Below are positions 8,869 to 15,935 of a stretch of 64,000 bases of DNA, piece after piece. The translations under genes and the position numbers were made by a program. The notes beneath the pieces were generated by a model. It had not been told where the DNA came from. It saw only the letters and a program-made list of their open reading frames with translations, and ran no database searches. The DNA comes from a virus, in IMG/VR virus record IMGVR_UViG_3300042691_030495; one strand, written 5' to 3'. How positions within the stretch are numbered: the first letter of the stretch is position 1; the number at the start of each line of letters is the position of its first letter.

Positions 8869-8899
8869 AGACACCTCACCTTCGGGTGGGGTGTTTTTT
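8869..8899 (+). terminator. intrinsic terminator (UUCG loop)
   Basis: ACACCTCACC-TTCG-GGTGGGGTGT plus T-tract. Confidence 0.9.
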
Positions 8900-8961
8900 G
8901 TTGGATAATTTCTGTGGCACTACAGTGTGGGCTGCACCTGCGAGGATCCTGTGGAGATTTT

Positions 8962-9018
8962 TTGTTATCAATTTGTTATCAAAGAACCCCCCAAGTTGTC
9001 AGTAGGGTGTGCGAGTAT
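8962..9018 (+). promoter_or_regulatory. early promoter, TTGTTA-repeat class
   Basis: TTGTTA 8962/8973, TTGTC 8996, weak -10 at 9013. Confidence 0.7.
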
Positions 9019-9058
9019 GTTTTTGTTAGCAATTTCGCTAACCCAAACAAGGAGTAGC

Positions 9059-9292
9059 ATGACCGAAGAAGTAAAGGCAACACAAGAGAATTACCTAGAG
9101 CTTTTGGAAGCCCTAAGCGTTCGAGAGGCACTAGAGGTAGCTAGCGGTATCACCAAGCGCCTAGCAGACCTAAAAGTAAACAATGACGGCTATTGGTTAG
9201 AGAAGCCGTGGAAGTTTCCCGAGTATTGGGTGCCAGCTCTCAATGGAGTAATTGACGACTCCGACCTTGACCTAGAAGAAGAGTATGCCTAG
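9059..9292 (+). CDS. hypothetical protein (start re-called at 9059)
   Basis: SD AAGGAG. Confidence 0.7.
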   Translation: MTEEVKATQENYLELLEALSVREALEVASGITKRLADLKVNNDGYWLEKPWKFPEYWVPALNGVIDDSDLDLEEEYA

Positions 9293-9584
9293 AGGGCACA
9301 GGGTTTCTTATAGGAAGCAACCTATTGCTATCTTGCCAGTATCAACAGAAGAACTGATACAGATAACCAAGAAGGAAGCTTGGGTAGATAGGAAAGATTG
9401 GGCGAATCAGATTCTTGCCTTAGTTCAATCTCGACCGAATGAGTGGTTAAAGCTATCGGGTGGGCATACTGTTTCGCTTGCCCCAAGATACCTGAAGCCC
9501 CTGGGGATAAAATACACACAAGACACGACTAAATACGAGAAGCCGTCAATAGCCGTTTTGTATGTGAAGTGGGAAACAAAATAA
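9285..9584 (+). CDS. hypothetical protein
   Basis: ORF track; overlaps upstream stop. Confidence 0.65.
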   Translation: MPRGHRVSYRKQPIAILPVSTEELIQITKKEAWVDRKDWANQILALVQSRPNEWLKLSGGHTVSLAPRYLKPLGIKYTQDTTKYEKPSIAVLYVKWETK

Positions 9585-9677
9585 AAATAATTCCGACACG
9601 CTGAGGAATGTTCTTGATAATTGTCGGCGGTTGGTGGAAGAATTGAGCTGCGGAGGTTCCGCAAGAAAGGGGCAAAA

Positions 9678-9878
9678 ATGCCAAAGTATGAAGTGAAGAT
9701 GTTGGTTGAGTTTTCAGGGGAATTGGAAGCTGAATCTCCCGAAGCTGCCGAGAAGCTTGCTTGGACAAGTTGGGGCGACACAATGGACAAGGAAATTACT
9801 TACGATAATGTGGATTCAATAGAAATCCAAGAAATCGAAGATTACGAAGAAGATGAAGAAGAAGAAGACCTTTTCTAG
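9678..9878 (+). CDS. small highly acidic protein
   Basis: SD AAAGGGG; own promoter and terminator (about 9892-9925). Confidence 0.75.
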   Translation: MPKYEVKMLVEFSGELEAESPEAAEKLAWTSWGDTMDKEITYDNVDSIEIQEIEDYEEDEEEEDLF

Positions 9879-10050
9879 CTGAATCTTCTTGAAGCCCCCG
9901 CTGATTCTGGCGGGGGTTTTTATTTTGACCCTGGCGGATCCGCTGGCGCGACACGCCCGAAAAACTTTTTTCAAAATGTGCTTGACTTTAGTTTGGGCTA
10001 GTGCTACTTTTGACTTGTTGGGGAAGTTCCCCAAAGATAAGGGGTAAGAA

Positions 10051-10281
10051 ATGAAGTTTGTAATCCGTAGAGCAGTAGCAGGTTTGCTACTTGTGCCAGT
10101 AGTTGCTGGTTTGTATGTTGCTGGTTATGTAGTGCTGGGCTTGCTTGGTGCTGGTATGTCAATTACGCTTGATGAAGTTTGGGCTAATGGACTTTTGATT
10201 GGTTTTGTTTGTGCGGTTGCTTTTGCTTTTGCTACGCAACTGGATAGACTTGCTTACAAGATTATTGGAGAGGAAAACTAA
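10051..10281 (+). CDS. membrane protein (2 TM)
   Basis: Promoter TTGACT-17-TACTTT; SD AAGGGG. Confidence 0.75.
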   Translation: MKFVIRRAVAGLLLVPVVAGLYVAGYVVLGLLGAGMSITLDEVWANGLLIGFVCAVAFAFATQLDRLAYKIIGEEN

Positions 10282-10415
10282 TGACCATTATTGTACTCAA
10301 CCTAGACGGCTCGAAAACGCCTTATGGCTATTCAGCTCACTCTACCGACATAACCGATTACTATGACCGCCTAGTTGCGGAAAGTAGAATCGCTAGCTAC
10401 GAGGTGATTTCCTAA
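10281..10415 (+). CDS. small hypothetical protein (44 aa)
   Basis: TAATG coupling on both sides. Confidence 0.55.
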   Translation: MTIIVLNLDGSKTPYGYSAHSTDITDYYDRLVAESRIASYEVIS

Positions 10416-10558
10416 TGGGAGATTTACTTTTCTTAGCGTCTGGCATTGCTCTTATTCTTGGTGGCTTTGCTCTTATGATTTACGGCTTACTGATTGTAAG
10501 ACGGGACAACTACCGACCAAAACATACTCGCTCGACATACTTGCCCCCCAAGAGATAG
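10415..10558 (+). CDS. small single-TM membrane protein (47 aa)
   Basis: TAATG coupling, SD GAGGTG, hydrophobic N-half. Confidence 0.55.
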   Translation: MGDLLFLASGIALILGGFALMIYGLLIVRRDNYRPKHTRSTYLPPKR

Positions 10559-10722
10559 ATAGTTCCCCCAACTATCAACAAAACCCCCGTATTTTACCTC
10601 TACGGGGGTTTTCTTGTGTGGTGATTAGTGTGGCTAATTCAGATCCGGGGTTAGTTGACTTGTTTGCTGATTCATGTTAGTTTTACCTTGCCTATTGTTG
10701 GGCTTTAGATTGGAGAGATAAA

Positions 10723-11655
10723 GTGAAGAATAAAATTAGTATCGCGCTCGCGGTCATTGTGCTTGCCATTGGGGCAACACCCGCTAGCGCTGGAGTTCAG
10801 ACCGAAGTTAGTTCTTGGGGTTTGGATAGATTAGACCAAGCAACAGCAACACTAGATAGAAGTTATAGCTACCCCGACAGCGCTGGCGCTGGAGTGCGTG
10901 TCTATGTTATGGATACTGGAGTTCTTGGAACGCTACCTGGTTTTGGCGGGAGAGTTCTTACAGGGTTTGACGCGCTCGCTGGAATCAGAACGCCACACCA
11001 AGCTAACCGTGATTGTAATGGACACGGGACAGCGGTAGCTGGAATTGTTGCGAGCGCTACTTATGGAGTAGCTAAGAGCGCAACCATTGTGCCAGTTCGC
11101 GTTGCTGATTGTAAGGGTGGAGTATCACCTGACGCGGTTCTAAAGGGTATCGATTGGATAGCTAAGAATCACCCGCGCGGTGTCCCTGGTGTTGTGAACA
11201 TGAGTATTGCGGTATCAAAGTCTAAGACGGTTGATGACGCGATTACAAGACTCTACAAACTTGGTTTGGTTTCAGTAGTTTCCGCTGGTAATCAAAACGC
11301 TGACGCGTGTCAAATAAGTCCCGCGGGAGCTAGCCTAGCTTTGACAGTTGGTTCTACTAACATGAACGACCAAAGAACTAATAACTCTAACTTTGGTGAG
11401 TGCGTGTCTATGTATGCCCCTGGCGGTTTGATTACAACCGAAGGTGTAAACGGTTTGCCCTCAACAAGAAGCGGGACATCTATGTCTGCGCCTCATGTTG
11501 CTGGAGCTATAGCCTTGTATCTATCAAAGAACCCAAAGGCGACAGCGCCCGCGACTATTTGGGAGATTACAAGAAACGGGTTGGGTGGCGTTGTCATTGA
11601 CGCTAAGAGTGTCAAGGGTAATGTTCTACTCAACACCGCCTTTCTCAACAAATAA
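10723..11655 (+). CDS. secreted S8 subtilisin (proteinase K/aqualysin-like) serine protease
   Basis: Signal peptide; WGLDRLDQ; catalytic VMDTG, GHGTAVAG, GTSMSAPHVAG; oxyanion SAGN. Confidence 0.95.
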   Translation: MKNKISIALAVIVLAIGATPASAGVQTEVSSWGLDRLDQATATLDRSYSYPDSAGAGVRVYVMDTGVLGTLPGFGGRVLTGFDALAGIRTPHQANRDCNGHGTAVAGIVASATYGVAKSATIVPVRVADCKGGVSPDAVLKGIDWIAKNHPRGVPGVVNMSIAVSKSKTVDDAITRLYKLGLVSVVSAGNQNADACQISPAGASLALTVGSTNMNDQRTNNSNFGECVSMYAPGGLITTEGVNGLPSTRSGTSMSAPHVAGAIALYLSKNPKATAPATIWEITRNGLGGVVIDAKSVKGNVLLNTAFLNK

Positions 11656-11670
11656 ACAACAACAATAAGC

Positions 11671-11705
11671 GAACCCCCTGCCGTTATGGCGGGGGGTTTC
11701 TTATT
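11671..11705 (+). terminator. intrinsic terminator
   Basis: GAACCCCCTGCC-gttat-GGCGGGGGGTTT. Confidence 0.8.
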
Positions 11706-12345
11706 GCGGTTGCGCTCGCGAGATCTCTGTGGATCTATGCCGGCTAATGTGGTGGATCAGATCTTTATGGTGGATCAGATCTCTACAGCGGATTAGATTA
11801 GATCTACGGTTATGCGGTATGCCGATCTAGTCTTTATGCCGGATCAGATCTAGTTTGTATTTTGATCAGATCTATCTGCGGTATGCGGTTAGATCAGATC
11901 TACCCCCTGCGGTTAGATCAGATCTAGCTTGATCCAAGATCTAACAACTAATCTAAACAAGATCTAACTAAAGATTCTTGTCTGATCTAGCTCGACCGGA
12001 ACTCTAGATCTAGCCTAGAAAATAATTAGATCACTAACCAAGATAAGACCCCCCTTAGTGTCAAAAATTACACACAACTAAGACAAGACCCCTAAGACCC
12101 CTTAGTGTCTTTTCTTAGCTAGACCTGGCTTTGTCTAGATGACAAGTTCGCAAGACTTTAGATCTAGATCAGAGATTAGTCAAGCCTTAGATCTAGCTCA
12201 CACTCTCAAAGACTTTAGATCAAGTCTTAGACCTACTTACTCAAACTAAACTAACTAAAAAACTTTTTGTCCTTAGTGTTTTTATTTTTTGTCTTGATTT
12301 CTATAAAAAACTTTTTCTTTTATAAAAATTCGAAGACCCCCCCTA
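11704..12345. repeat. GATC/AGATCT repeat array plus AT-rich tract (candidate origin, pac or terminus region)
   Basis: About 26 GATC in 11722-12221 by manual count; six GATCAGATCT; AT-rich 12240-12330; no ORF. Confidence 0.85.
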
Positions 12346-12546
12346 TCTTTAGGAAACGATTTTACGAAAAGTCAAAATGTAACCGCTGCCTTCTCACCCG
12401 CCAAAAGCAGTTAATGCTAAGGTACTAACTCTTAGCTTTCAGTACATAGCCGCCCCCGGATTTAAAAAAATAAATCTTAAAGGTACTAAAACTTAAATAA
12501 AGTAGAGTCCTTATCGCCCTGTACAAAACTTGCTAAACTGTACCTT

Positions 12547-13056
12547 ATGACCCGAAGAACTGCCAGAAGTCAACCCATCCCGCCAGCTGAGGTTGAGTAC
12601 TTAAACTCCCTCGAAATAAACGCCCTTATTCCGAGAGTTAGCGCACTATATAAAGCAGGCTGGGCCCTACAGGCTATCGGGGACTGCCTAGACCCAAGGC
12701 GCCCAAGATCCACCGTCAGGAGCTGGGTTGTCAAGGCCGCTGAGGTTGAGAGCCCGGAAGTAGTAGACGCCCCCATTGTTCCTTCACCAAAACACAAAAC
12801 TACCCCTGAGGGATACCAGAAACGCCGTCCAACGTCTCCGGGTATCCAGGAGGACACCTTTGACGAAATCCGCTCCTTGGCCCCTCTAGCGCGCTCCTAT
12901 AGGGCAAAAATGACCCAAACCAGCTCCGCGGCTGTAGCTAACCGCAGATTGACCGATATTTGCACTAAATTACACGAAAATGGCGTAGGAATAAGGGAAT
13001 TAGCCGAGGCAGCAGGGGTAACATACCGCGCTATGTACAAGAGAATCAAGCTTTAA
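12547..13056 (+). CDS. tandem HTH DNA-binding protein
   Basis: GWALQAIG...RSTVRSW and GVGIRELAEAAGVTYRAMYKRI; leaderless start after TAAACT. Confidence 0.75.
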   Translation: MTRRTARSQPIPPAEVEYLNSLEINALIPRVSALYKAGWALQAIGDCLDPRRPRSTVRSWVVKAAEVESPEVVDAPIVPSPKHKTTPEGYQKRRPTSPGIQEDTFDEIRSLAPLARSYRAKMTQTSSAAVANRRLTDICTKLHENGVGIRELAEAAGVTYRAMYKRIKL

Positions 13057-13114
13057 TCTCGATTTGACACCCTAAATCCGACACAGTAGGATTTTCGCTG
13101 TGGTAAAATATTAA

Positions 13115-13275
13115 CCGGAGAGCACGTTCTTTCAATAAAAGGAAGGATGTGCTTTTTGGCATCTCTGGACATTTTGTGTTAGAGTGCAACCCACAATTTA
13201 ATATGGAAAGAAAACCAAATAGAACACTAAACGACCGAGTACTAAGGTATTCACTTCTGAAAGGTAGGTCGCTAA
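13115..13275 (+). promoter_or_regulatory. structured 5' leader of NlpC/P60 gene
   Basis: Extended -10 TGTGGTAAAAT; 19-bp G-U-rich hairpin; three-way junction covering the SD. Confidence 0.55.
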
Positions 13276-14028
13276 ATGCATAAGAGGTTCATTTCAATCA
13301 GTGCGATAGCACTAGTAATGACTGGCTCCACCGCAGCGTTCGGACAGATGTTAGAGTCCAGCACCGCTGCGTCAGAACAAACAGTAGTAACACAAGTAAC
13401 AAAACCGGCTGAAATAATTGACTCTCCTGTACAAAAGGTAGAAATTGTTTCCGGCCCTGCTATATCTCCCGTGATTGCTGCGGGCCCTGTCCTAAAGTCA
13501 AGCGCACCCATCGTCGGGTCGTATGACTGGATGGCCCAGGAAAAAGCTGCAAAAGAAGCTCTCATGTCTGATGCTGAAAAAGTGCAAGCAGAACTAGAGG
13601 CAGAAATTGCTCGGCTAGAAAAAATCGCCTCTGACACCAAAGCCCTAAACGAGGCTCTTGTCTTGGTTAAAAAACAAATTGGCATCACCCCTTGGGTTTT
13701 TCAGGGGTCAAGCCCCCGCGCCTGGGACTGCTCGGGTCTTGTAAAATGGACCTACGCCCAGCTTGGGATAGACCTGTATCACAGTGCCACATGGCAAAGA
13801 TACTGGGGCGAGATTGTAGCCGAACCTAAAATTGGAGACCTAGTATCCTTCAATTACAAAAACTACTCAAGCGCCTACCACATCGGGATCTATATAGGTC
13901 CTGATGAGATGCTTCACTCTGGCGGCAAGCCGGGCGATAGGACTGAAATACGCTCTATCAGTGGATGGCAAAAGGACAATGGAAACAGCGAAGTTACCTA
14001 CACCCGCATCATTGAAACCAACAACTAG
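13276..14028 (+). CDS. secreted NlpC/P60 peptidoglycan endopeptidase
   Basis: Signal peptide, coiled coil, WDCSGLV / HIGIY / MLHS catalytic motifs. Confidence 0.9.
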   Translation: MHKRFISISAIALVMTGSTAAFGQMLESSTAASEQTVVTQVTKPAEIIDSPVQKVEIVSGPAISPVIAAGPVLKSSAPIVGSYDWMAQEKAAKEALMSDAEKVQAELEAEIARLEKIASDTKALNEALVLVKKQIGITPWVFQGSSPRAWDCSGLVKWTYAQLGIDLYHSATWQRYWGEIVAEPKIGDLVSFNYKNYSSAYHIGIYIGPDEMLHSGGKPGDRTEIRSISGWQKDNGNSEVTYTRIIETNN

Positions 14029-14039
14029 TTAGAACGAGA

Positions 14040-14070
14040 GGCCCCTCCTTCGGGAGGGGTTTTTCTCTTT
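14040..14070 (+). terminator. intrinsic terminator (UUCG loop)
   Basis: GGCCCCTCC-TTCG-GGAGGGGTT plus T-tract. Confidence 0.9.
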
Positions 14071-14145
14071 AAATTTGACTTGACAAACAAAACCATATAC
14101 ATTAGTGTTTAGTCAAGCATCACCCAAATAGAGAAAAGAGACAAA

Positions 14146-14403
14146 ATGAAGAACATATACAAAAGCATTGTTATCGCAGTTGTTTTTGGAAACGTTATTG
14201 CGTTCCCAGTTGTTGCCTACACATTTCCGTGGGAAACTTACCTAATTGATCCAACCCCCTACTACGTCATTCAGTCAGAGTCGCTAGGATTTTTGATTGC
14301 CGCATGTATCTTCATCTACGAGTGGGTCAAGTACGGTGAGAAGCCAGACATTCTCAAAGGTAAGTTTAAGCCTCGCGCGTTTAAGCAGAAAGTTGCAAAG
14401 TAG
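14146..14403 (+). CDS. membrane protein (2 TM, basic C-tail)
   Basis: Hydrophobic segments; TTGACA promoter upstream. Confidence 0.7.
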   Translation: MKNIYKSIVIAVVFGNVIAFPVVAYTFPWETYLIDPTPYYVIQSESLGFLIAACIFIYEWVKYGEKPDILKGKFKPRAFKQKVAK

Positions 14404-14444
14404 CTCTACTTGCGCATACAACCAGACTGTGATAGGATATAGCC

Positions 14445-14621
14445 ATGAACTTAGATAACAATTTTGCTTGGCTAGTCCTACTAGCAGTAGTCGCGATACT
14501 CTACTACCCAGTAGCGAAAAGACTTTACAGAAGATGGAAGCGGGCGCGTTTTTTAAAACAAGATCCGGCTCCACTTCTAGGTGTTGTCTTTCCGCCTTCA
14601 GACAAAAAGGATGAATACTAA
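14445..14621 (+). CDS. small single-TM protein (58 aa), probably leaderless
   Basis: TAGGAT 6 nt before ATG; not in ORF track. Confidence 0.55.
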   Translation: MNLDNNFAWLVLLAVVAILYYPVAKRLYRRWKRARFLKQDPAPLLGVVFPPSDKKDEY

Positions 14622-14786
14622 ATGCGTTTACTACTAGCGCTAAGAGAAATTAACTGGCTTGCGGTGCTTGCTTTGCTTGCATCACTAGTGGCGGTTATTT
14701 TTACCTACGTAACTAACCCACCGCTTACAGGTCCAACGATTGCACTAGCTGCAATCGCCCTAGCTAAGCTGTCCGAAAGAGACTAA
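14622..14786 (+). CDS. small 2-TM membrane protein (54 aa)
   Basis: Abuts upstream stop; SD AAAGGA; hydrophobic. Confidence 0.6.
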   Translation: MRLLLALREINWLAVLALLASLVAVIFTYVTNPPLTGPTIALAAIALAKLSERD

Positions 14787-14791
14787 AAATA

Positions 14792-14959
14792 ATGGACGCC
14801 CTTACTGTAATGACAATCGTTGTAGCGGTGCTTTTAGTTCTCGGATTTATTTTCTGGGTTTTTCTAGGAGTTGTGATTTTTTTGGGCGCGGCCACCATGG
14901 GAGACGTGCACGACGATTTTCCAACCGAAAAAGATTTTGAAAATAGGAAAACTAAATGA
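14792..14959 (+). CDS. small membrane protein (55 aa)
   Basis: Long hydrophobic N-half; ATGA overlap with next gene. Confidence 0.55.
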   Translation: MDALTVMTIVVAVLLVLGFIFWVFLGVVIFLGAATMGDVHDDFPTEKDFENRKTK

Positions 14960-15243
14960 TGTACTCAACGAAAAAAATACTCACGGTTGATGGGTCGGAC
15001 GAATTAAGAGACGTCCTCCCTTTAAGCGGGGTATTCGACATGCTCGACTGCGAAGTAGAGCTACTGTGCCCGCCTACTGCCCCTACGTCCGAAATAGAGA
15101 AGATGGTTCACATCATTGAGTCTATGATCAACGTAACTGATGTCAGGGTAACCGGCATCCCACGCTCAGAAGAAGAGCGAAGCTATACGGTAACAATTAG
15201 TAACGTACCAATCGAAGTTGCAAAAGGAAAACTAAGAGGATAG
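14956..15243 (+). CDS. hypothetical protein
   Basis: ORF track. Confidence 0.7.
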   Translation: MMYSTKKILTVDGSDELRDVLPLSGVFDMLDCEVELLCPPTAPTSEIEKMVHIIESMINVTDVRVTGIPRSEEERSYTVTISNVPIEVAKGKLRG

Positions 15244-15256
15244 AGTAACCACCATA

Positions 15257-15814
15257 ATGACGAATACAAAATACATAAAAAAGAACCAGCAGGTTCCAAC
15301 TCACATTGCAGAGTTTTTTAAGACCAGCCCTGCTCCGGAGCTTCGAGACCAGTTGATCCGCACCCTTTGCGACAATCACTGGACATACGAAGCTGTTGCT
15401 GCTGCGTGTGACATTACACGAGAGCGCGTCCGCCAGATATACAGCTCGGAGCCTACGCAGAAAAATGTAAGACTTCCGTTTGACATTCCGGAGCCACCGC
15501 TAAAGCCTGAACGCTCTAAGCCGGTTTACATTGAGCCAGCCCCTGAAACACTAAAGCGCTTGCTTGATCTACAGCCTTACGCTCAGCTAGTTAGATCAAA
15601 TGGAAAGGCTTATCGCGAAGAAGCCGAGGAGTACACCAAGCTTCTTAACTACGCTCACACCGTTGAGGGTGTAACTCTTTATCGACTAGCAAAGCGTCTT
15701 GGCGTAACACACGGTGCACTACGTTTTCGTCTTGTACGTTACGGTTACAAAAAACCAGTAACTGCAACTTCGAAAGTTTACACTCCGATCCTAAAAGAAA
15801 ATAGGTTGAAGTAG
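15257..15814 (+). CDS. tandem HTH DNA-binding protein (paralog of 12547-13056)
   Basis: WTYEAVAAACDITRERVRQI (sigma region-4-like) and GVTLYRLAKRLGVTHGALRFRL. Confidence 0.8.
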   Translation: MTNTKYIKKNQQVPTHIAEFFKTSPAPELRDQLIRTLCDNHWTYEAVAAACDITRERVRQIYSSEPTQKNVRLPFDIPEPPLKPERSKPVYIEPAPETLKRLLDLQPYAQLVRSNGKAYREEAEEYTKLLNYAHTVEGVTLYRLAKRLGVTHGALRFRLVRYGYKKPVTATSKVYTPILKENRLK

Positions 15815-15830
15815 CAGAGTTATAATATAA

Positions 15831-15935
15831 GTGGCGAAAGCCCTAGCTAGATAAACCGAAGACAATCCAATAGGAGGTCGGAAAACGTATCTAGATTTGC
15901 GGGTCCTACTTTTTTGGTAGGGCCCGCAACTCTTT
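15831..15935 (+). ncRNA. candidate ~100-nt small RNA
   Basis: TATAAT at 15821, GNRA hairpin, nested stems, 13-bp closing hairpin; no ORF. Confidence 0.4.

Noticed and set aside
1631-9677. Long 5' extensions in the ORF track (starts 1631, 2558, 3734, 5352, 8540, 8927, 9621)
   Set aside because: They run through terminators, promoters or upstream genes; downstream ATGs have clear SD sequences
10816-10840. WGLDRLDQ in the subtilisin resembling the GLDQ linker
   Set aside because: This is the conserved N-terminal motif of proteinase K-family enzymes, and the protein is secreted; probably coincidence
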